Positions 1 through 9,489 of a DNA stretch of 56,269 nt are shown here, one piece after another. Location: assembly GCA_023229045.1 (NCBI GenBank), contig JALOAB010000001.1:1-56269 (forward strand), written 5' to 3'. Made by a program: the position numbers and the translations under genes. The notes under the pieces are model-generated. The model had not been told where the DNA came from. It worked only from the letters and a program-made list of their open reading frames with translations, and ran no database searches. The stretch comes from Fidelibacterota bacterium (lineage in GTDB: Bacteria > Fidelibacterota > UBA2242). Each line of letters opens with the position of its first letter. Positions within the stretch are counted from its first letter, which is position 1.

Positions 1-369
1 TAAATTGACATCGCGGATATCATTAATTTTCAATCCATAACCGAGATTATCGCGGATACTTTTCGGGAAGGGATTCGGTTTCTGAAAAACCATTCCGACT
101 TTGCGACGCAGAGTCACCACGTCCACATCCGGATCGTAAATATTTTGACCGTCAAGAATTATCCGCCCTTTCACCCGGGTATTCGGGATCAGATCGTTCA
201 TGCGATTCAGTAAGCGGATAAAAGTCGATTTGCCGCATCCGGATGGCCCGATAATGGCTGTGACGCGGTTTTTGAAAATTGCCATACTGACGTTCTTCAG
301 CGTCTGCTTTTCGCCATAGTAAAAATTGATATTTTCCGCTTGGATACGGATTTCCTCAGGTAAGTTCAT
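1..369 (-). CDS. pstB: phosphate ABC transporter ATP-binding protein PstB (first 123 codons; the gene runs off the left edge)
   Basis: Absent from the ORF track because there is no stop in the window. My translation from the ATG at 369 reads [63 protein letters not shown]. It has the Walker A motif GPSGCGKST, overlaps the pstA stop by 14 nt, and sits last in pstSCAB order. Confidence 0.9.
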   Translation of the reverse strand, partial: MNLPEEIRIQAENINFYYGEKQTLKNVSMAIFKNRVTAIIGPSGCGKSTFIRLLNRMNDLIPNTRVKGRIILDGQNIYDPDVDVVTLRRKVGMVFQKPNPFPKSIRDNLGYGLKINDIRDVNL

Positions 370-1210
370 ACTTCCTCGATCTTTGTCTAAGATAAATCGC
401 CAGTCCCGAAACCATTAAAACCAGTAATAAAAGGATCAGCGCACATCCATAAGCAATCATAGTCTGACGCTCCGGAAAAGTGCCTTCCGTCATCAGAGCA
501 TAGATATGATAAGGCAAAGCCATGACTTCATCCATAATTGATTTCGGGAAGCCGCGCGTGTAAAAGATCACCGCTGTGAACATAATCGGCGCGGTTTCAC
601 CCGCCGCCCGACCGATGCTTAAAATTACACCGGTTAAAATCCCCGGCAGAGCCGTCGGTAAAACAACTTTGCGGATGGTCTGCCACTGAGTCGCACCCAA
701 CGCCAGCGACGCCTCTCTAAGCGACTGCGGCACGGCAATTAAGGCTTCCTGAGCCGCAGAAATAATGCCCGGTAGAATCATAATGCCCAGCGTCAGACTG
801 CCAGACAAAATCGATACGCCGAATCCGAGAAACTTGACGAATACCGTCAATCCGAAAAGACCAAAAACCACCGATGGCACGCCGGCCAGATTATTAATGC
901 TCATGCGGATGACATTGACCATAGCGCTTTTCGGACTGTATTCGGTCAGATAAATCGCACACGCCAATCCCATCGGTAAAGCAAACAGGATCGCGCTAAT
1001 CGTCAAATAAAAAGTCCCAACTAACGCCGGCGCGACTCCTCCGCGCGTCATCGCCCGTCGCGGCACTTGCGTCAGAAATTCCCAGTTGATGACTTTGATG
1101 CCGTTAACTGTAATGAAATAGACGATCGCGCCAAGAGCCAATACGGAAATCAGAACCGCCAGATACAGGAATCCAAAACCGAGATACTGGACACGGGTGC
1201 TTCTTTTCAT
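356..1210 (-). CDS. pstA: phosphate ABC transporter permease PstA
   Basis: 284-aa polytopic membrane ORF with an ABC permease EAA-like loop ([20 protein letters not shown]). Its start overlaps the pstC stop (ATGA), and it follows pstS-pstC. Confidence 0.9.
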   Translation of the reverse strand: MKRSTRVQYLGFGFLYLAVLISVLALGAIVYFITVNGIKVINWEFLTQVPRRAMTRGGVAPALVGTFYLTISAILFALPMGLACAIYLTEYSPKSAMVNVIRMSINNLAGVPSVVFGLFGLTVFVKFLGFGVSILSGSLTLGIMILPGIISAAQEALIAVPQSLREASLALGATQWQTIRKVVLPTALPGILTGVILSIGRAAGETAPIMFTAVIFYTRGFPKSIMDEVMALPYHIYALMTEGTFPERQTMIAYGCALILLLLVLMVSGLAIYLRQRSRKYELT

Positions 1211-2091
1211 CGTCCTAATCCCAATTTCAAGCGAAAATTGCAGCTGATTAATTCCGCAATTATATTGAAAGCCATTGTAATCAAAAAAAGTACCAATCCA
1301 ATAGCAAACAAGGCATGATAATGCGAACCGCCGACCGACGCTTCGCCCATTTCAGCCGCGATCGTCGCGGTCATCGGCCGCACCGGATCGAAGAAACTCG
1401 TCGGAATCATCGCCGCCCCGCCAGCCACCATCAAAACCGTCATGGTTTCACCGACTACCCGGCTCATTCCGAGAATAATTGCCGTTGAAATTCCCGAGCC
1501 GGCGGCTGGAATCACAACTCGCGTTAAGGTTTGCCAACGATTAGCCCCCAGCGCAAAAGAGGCTTCACGAAAGCTTTTTGGCACAAAACTCAAAGCGTCT
1601 TCCGCCAAACTGCAAACTGTCGGAACCGCCATGATACCCAGAATCAGGCTGGCGGTTAGAGCGCATTGCCCGATCGGAATATCAAGCAGGTTTTGCAGAA
1701 AAGGCGCAATGATTACCATTCCGAAAAATCCATAGACGATCGACGGAATGCCAGCCAGGATTTCGATTATCGGCTTTAAAATCGAACGCAGACGAAAACT
1801 GGCAATTTCGTGCAGAAAAAGAGCGCTCCCGATACCAATCGGAATACAAAACAGCATTGCGCCAACTGTTATCCAGAGTGTTCCCAGTATTAATGGTAAA
1901 ATACCAAATTCAGGCGGATCGGCGGTCGGATACCAGGCTTTGCCACCGATAAATTCAAATAAATTGATGATGCGAAAGATCGGCAAACCTTCCTTAAATA
2001 AAATCAGGATAATCCCGATTAAGAACAGTAATGAAGCCAATGCCAGTCCTCCAAAAGCCGAACGGATTATCTTTTCATTATTAAGTTTCAT
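1207..2091 (-). CDS. pstC: phosphate ABC transporter permease PstC
   Basis: Membrane ORF with the permease loop EASFALGANRWQTLTRVVIP. The track ORF extends to 2115, but its first 8 codons lie inside a 12-bp GC hairpin. I prefer the internal ATG at 2091 (MKLNNEKIIR). Confidence 0.85.
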   Translation of the reverse strand: MKLNNEKIIRSAFGGLALASLLFLIGIILILFKEGLPIFRIINLFEFIGGKAWYPTADPPEFGILPLILGTLWITVGAMLFCIPIGIGSALFLHEIASFRLRSILKPIIEILAGIPSIVYGFFGMVIIAPFLQNLLDIPIGQCALTASLILGIMAVPTVCSLAEDALSFVPKSFREASFALGANRWQTLTRVVIPAAGSGISTAIILGMSRVVGETMTVLMVAGGAAMIPTSFFDPVRPMTATIAAEMGEASVGGSHYHALFAIGLVLFLITMAFNIIAELISCNFRLKLGLGR

Positions 2092-2110
2092 AAATAGTTC
2101 ACATAATTGC

Positions 2111-2138
2111 GGCATGGCCGGCAGACGCCGGCCATGCC
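2111..2138 (-). promoter_or_regulatory. intercistronic GC-rich hairpin between pstS and pstC
   Basis: ggcatggccggc-agac-gccggccatgcc forms a perfect 12-bp stem with a 4-nt loop. No T-run follows on the coding (minus) strand. Confidence 0.6.
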
Positions 2139-2172
2139 ATACATGGGGCTGTGTGGGGAATGTTTACGTTCA

Positions 2173-2985
2173 TTATTTCAATCCGACATAGCCGACAGTT
2201 TCGACCAAAGCCTGCCCTTCTTCGCTAAGGATAAAATCAAGAAAATCTTTGACCGCGCCTTTAGGTTTGCCATTGGTGTACATGAAAAGCGGACGGGAAA
2301 GCGGATAAGCCTTGGTGAGAATATTCTTTTTAACACAAACTACGCTTTCTACCGTAACGGCCTTGACTTTGCTGGATACATAACCGGCGCCGATATAACC
2401 AATCGCGCCGGGCGTCTTCTCAACGGTCGTCGCAATGGCTTGATTTGAGGCGTTCATCAGGGCATCTTTCCGGACTTTTTCACCGCCGAGAGCCAGGCTG
2501 GCGAAGGCTTCGAATGTGCCGCTGGCGGAATCGCGCGAAAGAACCACAATCTTTTTGTCCTCACCACCGACCTCCTTCCAGTTCGAAATTTTGCCAGTGT
2601 AGATCTTGCGAATCTGTTCAATAGTCAGGTTCTTGACCTTATTAGTAGGGTGTAAAATTACAGCAATTCCGTCCATAGCCACGACATGAGCGACCGGGTT
2701 GACACCCTTGTCAACGGCTTTTTTAATCTCATCATCTTTCATGGCGCGTGAAGCGTCGGCAATGTCACAAGTACCCTCTATTAACGAGGCAACGCCAACA
2801 CCGGAACCGCCGCCTTGGATGGAAATCGTCACATCCGGATTGGCATTCATAAATTCTTCCGCGGCTAACTGCGCAATCGGCAAAACGGTCGTCGAACCTT
2901 CTACACGTAATTTGGCCGAGCCACCGGCTAACGCCAGCGAACCGCTTAACAGTATCATCAAAAACATTGTATTAATTCTATTCAT
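2173..2985 (-). CDS. pstS: periplasmic phosphate-binding protein PstS
   Basis: 270 aa with a signal peptide (MNRINTMFLMILLSGSLALAGG). It has PBP-like segments (EGSTTVLPIAQ, GGGSGVG, SRDSASGT), an aaagga RBS 8 nt upstream, and lies first in the pst operon. Confidence 0.9.
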   Translation of the reverse strand: MNRINTMFLMILLSGSLALAGGSAKLRVEGSTTVLPIAQLAAEEFMNANPDVTISIQGGGSGVGVASLIEGTCDIADASRAMKDDEIKKAVDKGVNPVAHVVAMDGIAVILHPTNKVKNLTIEQIRKIYTGKISNWKEVGGEDKKIVVLSRDSASGTFEAFASLALGGEKVRKDALMNASNQAIATTVEKTPGAIGYIGAGYVSSKVKAVTVESVVCVKKNILTKAYPLSRPLFMYTNGKPKGAVKDFLDFILSEEGQALVETVGYVGLK

Positions 2986-3003
2986 TTTGTGTTCCTTTCT
3001 TAA

Positions 3004-4242
3004 TTAGAATTTGAATTGAATATCGGTTTGAATTAGGTTTTCGGGTTTTATGGTTCCGCTCAGATTCTCGTTCATGAAATAATTCACGCCGAGGGTGACA
3101 TTTTTTGACAATCCGTACTGTAAAGAGATTTTACTCCCTTTAATATCGGTCTTGCCACTATAGGTATCGGAATCCGGTAGGAAATCCAGCCAGGCGTCCT
3201 TCTCCAGTTTACGATAGATGTACTTTACCTGCCACTGACCTTTGTCACTGATTTTCTTCACGCCAAAAGCCACTCCAAAAGCCATGCCGCTGTTAGCCGT
3301 ATCGGATTCGGCATCCAGGTTCTGGTTCATCTCAAAGCTGACGCCGATATACGGGAAGATTATTTCATAGACAGCCGCATCTACAGCCAGGTTAAAGTTA
3401 TTGTAACCGAGCGCGAGATACTTATTACCACCTGAAGTATTATATGAATTAGTTTTGGTGGTATTATCAAAGGAATAGTCCTTGACATTATTGAAGTGAT
3501 AATAAGCCGCGGCGACTTTCAGGCTATATTTGTCTTCCTTTGATAAGACAGCTCCCGGTTGAAGTACCAACATGCGCGGATTATCGGCAATAACGTCTTC
3601 GACTTTACCGGCTTCGTCGAGAATATAAAAACCGGTGTTTATAAAAAACTTTTTGTAGTTAAATAAGCCCGCCAGACCCTCCAGAGTAATATCGCCATCC
3701 CACATATAATCGGTCGGCGCCCAGATTCCGGTATTGTTGTAGAATTTACCCAGCATCAGAGCGCCATATTTCGGCAGTGTGTAATGGCCATACGCATAAT
3801 CGAGCATGATCGTCTTGGTGGCAAATTCATTCTCCAAAGTCTGATTGGTTGAACGCGCATCGCTGGAGCCGCTAGCCAGACCAAAACCGACTTTAAAGCC
3901 CTGAGTCACCGCGGCTTCGCCATTCAACCGGAAGCGGATGCGCTGACGCATGCGGGAAACCGTATCGTCTTCAGCAACTTCCCACTGATTGCGGAAACGG
4001 AAATCGCCTTTCAATCCCATATTCTGAATCCATTTCGGTATGGCGGCAGATTTTCCGGCATTCATTTCCGTCCGCATTTCCTGTTCGGTCAAGGTCAGAA
4101 TTTCCTGAGCTTTTCCGGCGTCGAGAACGCCTTTCTCAACCAATTCATTGACCAGCCGATCGAGTTCTCCGGCGTGAAGCGTTACGGCGCAAAAGCCGAA
4201 CATCGCCAAAACGGTTTTAATTTTCCAATCACTTTTCTTCAT
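3004..4242 (-). CDS. outer-membrane beta-barrel porin, probably phosphate-selective (Pho-regulon porin)
   Basis: The signal peptide starts at the internal Met (MKKSDWKIKTVLAMFGFCAVTLHA), followed by an N-terminal helical segment and alternating beta-strand sequence. It ends in the C-terminal aromatic ...IQFKF and lies 18 nt upstream of pstS. The track ORF start at 4305 probably over-extends. Confidence 0.65.
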   Translation of the reverse strand: MKKSDWKIKTVLAMFGFCAVTLHAGELDRLVNELVEKGVLDAGKAQEILTLTEQEMRTEMNAGKSAAIPKWIQNMGLKGDFRFRNQWEVAEDDTVSRMRQRIRFRLNGEAAVTQGFKVGFGLASGSSDARSTNQTLENEFATKTIMLDYAYGHYTLPKYGALMLGKFYNNTGIWAPTDYMWDGDITLEGLAGLFNYKKFFINTGFYILDEAGKVEDVIADNPRMLVLQPGAVLSKEDKYSLKVAAAYYHFNNVKDYSFDNTTKTNSYNTSGGNKYLALGYNNFNLAVDAAVYEIIFPYIGVSFEMNQNLDAESDTANSGMAFGVAFGVKKISDKGQWQVKYIYRKLEKDAWLDFLPDSDTYSGKTDIKGSKISLQYGLSKNVTLGVNYFMNENLSGTIKPENLIQTDIQFKF

Positions 4243-4394
4243 TCTTTTCTCCTCTTTCTTGTTTGTAATATCATTTTTTTTCACGCCGATTATTAAGCAA
4301 TTCATATAAAGAACAAATGAACAAACGGTTAATTTTCGGTTAAGATTTTTGCATGGATGTATGGGTGCATGATTGAATGATTGTATTCAATCAA

Positions 4395-4502
4395 GTCATT
4401 TTGAGGATCCCGCCACTTGGCGGAAGACGAGAAATCGCTTTAGTCTCAGTAAAATAACCTTCGTGATTTCTCACCCCGATCTTATCGGGGATTCAAAATG
4501 AC
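4395..4502. other. 108-nt cloverleaf-like structured element (a 10-bp closing stem enclosing three hairpins) in the phoR-porin spacer
   Basis: The closing stem is gtcattttga (4395-4404) paired with tcaaaatgac (4493-4502). Hairpin A is 4410-4423 (ccgcc/ggcgg). Hairpin B is 4429-4438 paired with 4463-4472 (10 bp, with one G-T pair on the + strand only). Hairpin C is 4474-4490 (ccccgat-ctt-atcgggg). Confidence 0.5.
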
Positions 4503-4562
4503 ACTGTGGGGGAGAGCAAACCTTCTTAAGGTTATTAGAATCGCTTCAGTAAGCTAAAAATA

Positions 4563-6308
4563 TTAAGAATAACTTTCAGAAGTTTTTTTATTGACACAAG
4601 GCAGGATTATCTTGAAAATTGTGCCCTTCTCTGGCTGACTCTCGACTGCGAGATGACCGTTGTGGAGAAGCACGATATGCTTGGCGATCGCCAGTCCCAA
4701 TCCAGTGCCGCCGAGCTGGCGCGAACGCGATTTGTCCACGACATAAAAGCGTTCGAAAATGCGCGACAAATGTTCCGCCGGAATGCCGCATCCGGTATCT
4801 GCAATGGTAATTTGCACCTCGTTTCCAACCTGATGCGCTTTAACAGTCACTTTGCCTTTTTCAGTGTACTTGATGGCGTTATCAAGCAGATTGATCAAAA
4901 CCTGCTGAAGTTTGAATGGATCGGCCCGAACAATTAAAGGCGAATCAGTTTCAATTTCGATTGCCAAATTTTTTGCCTGAAGATGCTCTTCGAAAATTTT
5001 TACCGTATCAGGGAGCAGGTCGCCCAGATCAACCGGCTCGTATTCGATTTGATTTTTTTCCTCGAGTTCGGACAGAGTCAATAAATCGTTGACGATATTA
5101 ATCAGGCGTTCGGTGTGGCGGGCGATTATTGTAAGGTAACGATGCTCATCGCCAGCCGATTCCTCCTGAAGCGTTTCGACGAAACCTTTAATCGCTGTGA
5201 GAGGTGTGCGCAATTCGTGGGATACATTGACGACAAAATCACGTTTCAGGCGCTGAACAGCTTTCAGTTCTGATATGTCTGAAAAGATCAGGACGATTTC
5301 ACCGCCGGTCGTATCCGCTGTGGCGCTACACAGATAGGTTTTATCATCGATGCCAATTTCCTGGGTACGATTACTGCGATTCTCCTGTATGCCTTTGATA
5401 AATTCGGTGAACTGCGGCTGGCGTAAAATTTCCCAATAGTATTTATCCTGGATCTCTTTTTGAGTGGCGATTTTCTGAAATTCACGATTATAAAATGCCA
5501 CCCGTCCAGCGGCATTCAACACAAGCAGACCAGACGGCACTGCTGATACAATCGTCTGTAATTCATCACGCTGACGAGCGAAATCTGTCAGCAGGCGATT
5601 TAGTTCGGCCGTCATCGCATTAAAACTTTCGGCGAGTTCATCGAGTTCATCGTTGGTGTGGATATTTACGCGGGTTTCGAGTTTCCCCTGCTCAATTTGA
5701 CGGGCGGCGCTCACGAGTTGATTAATCGGTTTGGAATAACGACGCGCCAGCAGAAAAGCCGCACTAAGAGCAACTATAATCACAAGCAGGGAAATTTTAA
5801 CAATCCTATTAATAATTTGGTGAAACAGATTGTTCAAGTGACTCAGGTAAATACTGGTGCGCACAACGGCAACTATCTGACCGTTCTTAACAAGCGGCGA
5901 TGCAACATAGAGCATATTTTTTTCGACAGTCGTGCTAAAACGGCGGGCATGGGCAATATTTCCGCTCAATGCCTGCTCAATTTCCGGGCGGCGTCTATGG
6001 TTTTTCATGGTTAGCGGATCGGATTCGGAGTCGGCCAGTACTTTTCCGATCGTATCAACGACTGTAATGCGCGCCTGAATTTCGCTTCCGAGCGATTTAG
6101 TCAACTGATCCAAATCATTATTACGCAGATCGATTACAGATAACAATGAAACCGATAAACTGGCGTTTAAATCCCGCAAGTCGGTGATTTGCATCGCAAT
6201 GAATTGTTTGCGCACCGCATTATATGACAATGCTATTATCAATACCATCATGCTAATTATCAATATGAGATAACTGCAGAAGATTCTATAGAAAAAGGTT
6301 TTTTTCAC
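4563..6308 (-). CDS. phoR: phosphate-regulon sensor histidine kinase (PhoR-like): 2 TM, HAMP, PAS, HisKA, HATPase
   Basis: It has the H-box FVVNVSHELRTPLTAIKG, the N-box LINLLDNAIKYT, and the G-boxes DTGCGIP and [16 protein letters not shown] start overlaps the phoB stop (GTGA). The gene lies adjacent to an OmpR-type regulator and the pst genes. Confidence 0.85.
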   Translation of the reverse strand: MKKTFFYRIFCSYLILIISMMVLIIALSYNAVRKQFIAMQITDLRDLNASLSVSLLSVIDLRNNDLDQLTKSLGSEIQARITVVDTIGKVLADSESDPLTMKNHRRRPEIEQALSGNIAHARRFSTTVEKNMLYVASPLVKNGQIVAVVRTSIYLSHLNNLFHQIINRIVKISLLVIIVALSAAFLLARRYSKPINQLVSAARQIEQGKLETRVNIHTNDELDELAESFNAMTAELNRLLTDFARQRDELQTIVSAVPSGLLVLNAAGRVAFYNREFQKIATQKEIQDKYYWEILRQPQFTEFIKGIQENRSNRTQEIGIDDKTYLCSATADTTGGEIVLIFSDISELKAVQRLKRDFVVNVSHELRTPLTAIKGFVETLQEESAGDEHRYLTIIARHTERLINIVNDLLTLSELEEKNQIEYEPVDLGDLLPDTVKIFEEHLQAKNLAIEIETDSPLIVRADPFKLQQVLINLLDNAIKYTEKGKVTVKAHQVGNEVQITIADTGCGIPAEHLSRIFERFYVVDKSRSRQLGGTGLGLAIAKHIVLLHNGHLAVESQPEKGTIFKIILPCVNKKTSESYS

Positions 6309-6985
6309 AGTTCGAGCTTATAGCCAACTCCTCTCAGGTTGCGGATTAATGTGCCAAACTCACCGAGTTTTTCTCGCAGATTTTTAATATGCACATCGAT
6401 AGTGCGGGTTACGACGATTTTATCTTCTCCCCATAATTGTTCGAGCAGGTATTCGCGGGAAAAGACATGTCCCGGTTTCATAGCCAGGATTTTCAGGATA
6501 TTGAATTCAGTCGCCGTAAGAGTCAGCGGTTGACCTTTCGCGCGCACTTCATATTTCTTTAAGTCAAGAGTTAGGCCAGCGCAAATTTTGAGGAGGTTTT
6601 CCGGCGCTATGGGCGCCAAACGCCGCAGAACGGCTTTCACCCGCGCAATCAGTTCACGCGGCGAAAACGGCTTGGTGACATAATCGTCGGCGCCGATTTC
6701 CAGCCCCAGGACTTTATCGAGTTCTTCAGTCCGGGCAGTCAGCATAATGATTGGAATCGGAGCGGTTTTAGGATTATTTTTCAAATGCTTACAGATTTCT
6801 ATGCCATCGATATCAGGCAACATCAGGTCGAGAATGATCAGATCCGGTTGTTTTTCATTCAGGAATTCATAGAATCCGCCGGCATCGGCAAAACCGGCCG
6901 TCCGGAAACCGTTTTTCTTTAACTGTAAAATCACCAGTTGCAGAATATCTGGTTCGTCATCGATTATTGCTATTAATTCATTCAC
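6305..6985 (-). CDS. phoB: OmpR/PhoB-family response regulator
   Basis: 226 aa. The receiver has IIDDEPD, LIILDLMLPDIDG and the conserved Lys in VTKPF. The C-terminal winged helix has LTATEFNILKIL, RTIDVHIKNLREKL and RGVGYKL. Confidence 0.85.
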   Translation of the reverse strand: MNELIAIIDDEPDILQLVILQLKKNGFRTAGFADAGGFYEFLNEKQPDLIILDLMLPDIDGIEICKHLKNNPKTAPIPIIMLTARTEELDKVLGLEIGADDYVTKPFSPRELIARVKAVLRRLAPIAPENLLKICAGLTLDLKKYEVRAKGQPLTLTATEFNILKILAMKPGHVFSREYLLEQLWGEDKIVVTRTIDVHIKNLREKLGEFGTLIRNLRGVGYKLEL

Positions 6986-7394
6986 GGAATTGAATGTAAA
7001 GATTTTCCAGTAAATAGAAAATAGTTGTTAATAGCCAGCAATGGATTAGGAATTATCAGCTCGACTAATAACATTCAGACGGGAGCTTATATAACCATTA
7101 TTTTCTTAAACACTATTTTTGATAAATCTTAATTTTTCTTATTAAAAATTAATTTATTTTACCTAACTTTGGGCGCTTTTTTACCAGTTAGAGATCTTAA
7201 TATAAACTAACCCTCACAGCTAATAATATCATTTTCTGAGAGTTGTAACAACCGTATGAATTTTCAGCCCAGCTACTCCGCTTCCATGGGAGATTTTTGT
7301 AAAAACAAATTACATAGAGCATTTTTTTCATTTGTAACTATTCACTCAACCACTCATTTTCAACTGATTTACCATTTTAATGGAGGAATTCTGT

Positions 7395-7760
7395 ATGGCA
7401 AAAGTTTTAATCGTTGACGACGATCCGGATTTTGTATCGGCTGTCGCGATCGTGCTGGAAAACGCCGGATACAAAGTCTGCAAAGCCCATTCGCGCCAGG
7501 AGGGCATGCAAGTATTCGATAAAGAGCAACCAAATCTGGTCGTGCTGGATGTGATGATGCAGGAACCAGATGACGGTTTTGTTATGGCGCAGGAGCTCAA
7601 AGCCAGAGCCAAAGTGCCAATCCTGATGCTGACCAGCGTCGGGCAAGTCACCGGCCTGGATTTCGATAAAGATTCAGAAATGGTGCCGGTCGATGTCTTC
7701 GAGCAAAAACCCATTATGCCTTCTGTTCTGCTTGAGAGAATCAATCAACTATTGCAATAA
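7395..7760 (+). CDS. stand-alone response-regulator receiver (CheY-like, no output domain)
   Basis: It has MAKVLIVDDDPD, LVVLDVMM and EQKP. A ggagga RBS lies 7 nt upstream of the ATG at 7395, which I prefer over the track start at 7380. It ends 14 nt before the next gene. Confidence 0.8.
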   Translation: MAKVLIVDDDPDFVSAVAIVLENAGYKVCKAHSRQEGMQVFDKEQPNLVVLDVMMQEPDDGFVMAQELKARAKVPILMLTSVGQVTGLDFDKDSEMVPVDVFEQKPIMPSVLLERINQLLQ

Positions 7761-7774
7761 AAAGGAAAAAACCA

Positions 7775-9478
7775 ATGCAAGTATTGGATCGTACTAAAAT
7801 CATTCAGGAAATTTCCGATCTGAAAAAGACTTACGGTGATGACCGCTCAGCTCTTCTGCCGATCTTGCAGGATTTGCAGGAAACCTACGGTTATCTTCCG
7901 GACCTGGTGATGCAGGAAACCGCTCACGCTCTCGAAATTCATCCCGTTGAAGTCGAAGGCGTCGCCAGTTTCTATAGTTTCTTTCGCCGCAAGGAAAAAC
8001 AGGGTAAATACGTACTGCGTCTCTGTCAAACCATTTCCTGCGATTTAGCCGGAAAAGTCAATGTCGCCCGCCAACTCGAGAATGAACTCGGCATAAAATT
8101 CGGCGAAACCACCAAAGACGGAATGTTCACTCTCGAATATACCAATTGCCTTGGAATGTGCGATCAGGGGCCGGCGATGCTGGTCAACGACCGCCTTTTC
8201 GCCAAAGTAACTCCCGACAAAGTTCCCTATATAATTGTCGACTGTCGACGGGATTTTCTAAAATCTGATTTTCCTAAGATCGTGCCTTCCGACGTTAGGA
8301 AAAGCGGTCCGATCCTATCTCACGATTTAAAACCTGGTGAAGGTCTGAAAGCCGCCCTAAATCACACCCGCGCCGAAGTTATCGGAATCATTCGCGAGTC
8401 CGGACTGAGAGGACGCGGCGGAGCCGGCTTCCCTACGGCTGTCAAATGGCAATTGGCTGGCGCGGCTCAGAGTGATAAAAAATATGTCGTTTGCAATGCC
8501 GATGAAGGCGAACCCGGCACGTTCAAAGATCGTTATCTGCTATTTCATCATACCGATATGATTTTGGACGGCATGACGATCGCCGCCTATGCCATTGGTG
8601 CGAAAAAAGGCTTCTTTTATCTGCGCGGTGAATACCTCTATCTTAAAAAATATATGCTGGAAGCGCTTGAAATCCGGCGAAAAAATAATCTGCTTGGTAA
8701 AGATATTGCCGGTAAAAAAGGTTTCGACTTTGACATCGAGGTCAGAATGGGCGCCGGGGCTTACGTCTGCGGCGAGGAAACCGCTTTGATTGAATCGCTG
8801 GAAGGCTACCGCGGCGAACCGCGCAACCGCCCGCCATTCCCCGTCGATACCGGTTTCCAAAAAAATCCTACAATCGTTAATAACGTCGAAACCTTTCTGG
8901 ATGCGACTTTGATTTGTGTAAAAGGCGCCAAGTGGTTCAACGAACATGGCACCGAAAAATCCAAAGGCACCAAAATCTTCAGCATTTCGGGCGACTGCGA
9001 ACAACCTGGCATTTATGAACTGCCGTTCGGGATCACAATCGCCCAGTTATTAAAAGAAGTCAAAGGCGAAAACGCCAAAGCCGTTCAGATCGGCGGAGCG
9101 TCCGGAAAGTGCGTTGCCAGAAAAGATTTTAATCGGACAATCGCATTTGAGGATATTTCTTCCGGCGGTTCGATTATCGTTTTCGGCCCAAGTGTCGATA
9201 TGCTTAAGGTTGCCATCAATTTCATGGAGTTTTTCGTCGAGGAATCTTGTGGTCAATGCACTCCCTGCCGGGACGGCAACGTAAAACTCCTGGAAGGCTT
9301 GAAACTGCTCGAAAAAGGTCGCTGTTCGGTAACTTATCTGAACGAACTAATGCGTTTGGCAGAGACGATCCAGTTGGCCTCCAAATGCGGTCTCGGACAA
9401 TCCAGCCCGAACGCCTTTCTCTCTATCCTGGAAAACTTTAAATCTGAAATTTTAGGCCGCGTGCCTGAAAAAGCATAA
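7775..9478 (+). CDS. NADH-binding flavoprotein subunit of an [FeFe]-hydrogenase (HydB-like): NuoE-like [2Fe-2S] domain fused to a NuoF-like FMN/NAD/[4Fe-4S] module
   Basis: The N-terminus has the thioredoxin-like 2Fe-2S Cys pattern (CQTISCDLAG...CLGMCDQGP). The NuoF motifs are GRGGAGFPT, GEPGTFKDR and ESCGQCTPCRDG...SKCGLGQ. The protein ends about 25 aa after the last Cys, so there is no C-terminal ferredoxin domain. Confidence 0.85.
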   Translation: MQVLDRTKIIQEISDLKKTYGDDRSALLPILQDLQETYGYLPDLVMQETAHALEIHPVEVEGVASFYSFFRRKEKQGKYVLRLCQTISCDLAGKVNVARQLENELGIKFGETTKDGMFTLEYTNCLGMCDQGPAMLVNDRLFAKVTPDKVPYIIVDCRRDFLKSDFPKIVPSDVRKSGPILSHDLKPGEGLKAALNHTRAEVIGIIRESGLRGRGGAGFPTAVKWQLAGAAQSDKKYVVCNADEGEPGTFKDRYLLFHHTDMILDGMTIAAYAIGAKKGFFYLRGEYLYLKKYMLEALEIRRKNNLLGKDIAGKKGFDFDIEVRMGAGAYVCGEETALIESLEGYRGEPRNRPPFPVDTGFQKNPTIVNNVETFLDATLICVKGAKWFNEHGTEKSKGTKIFSISGDCEQPGIYELPFGITIAQLLKEVKGENAKAVQIGGASGKCVARKDFNRTIAFEDISSGGSIIVFGPSVDMLKVAINFMEFFVEESCGQCTPCRDGNVKLLEGLKLLEKGRCSVTYLNELMRLAETIQLASKCGLGQSSPNAFLSILENFKSEILGRVPEKA

Positions 9479-9489
9479 AGAGGATATTT

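Noticed and set aside
1442-2448. Plus-strand track ORFs 1442-1735, 1748-2191 and 2107-2448, antisense to pstC/pstS
   Set aside because: They lie entirely inside well-supported minus-strand pst genes. Their composition is Arg/Pro/Ile-rich and low in complexity, typical of antisense frames. The same reasoning applies to the other embedded track ORFs, for example 765-953, 4588-4937, 8540-9004, 9701-10159, 12755-13285, 18493-18945, 24702-25154, 26289-26744, 28747-29178 and 33163-33555.
4439-4462. THI-box (TPP riboswitch) resemblance in the structured element
   Set aside because: The minus strand contains ACUGAGA and GGGGUGA. The pyrimidine-sensor and pyrophosphate-sensor helices (ACCC, ACCUGAUCUGGAUAAUGCCAGCG-like) are absent. 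A TPP riboswitch also makes no sense in a Pho operon.
4395-4502. Pho-box interpretation of the GTCATTTTGA arms
   Set aside because: Each arm contains a TGTCAT-like half-site. Known PhoB boxes are direct repeats with 11-bp periodicity, whereas these are inverted copies ~90 bp apart. The RNA/DNA-structure interpretation fits better.
7243-7338. TGTAA-N7-TTACA palindrome (7298-7314) and three TTGTAA(C) repeats upstream of the receiver/hydrogenase genes, as a possible Rex/CRP-type site
   Set aside because: The arms are only 5 bp. The spacing (N7) fits neither CRP/FNR (N6/N4) nor Rex (TTGTGAA-N4-TTCACAA). The 409-bp spacer is very AT-rich, so such matches are expected by chance.
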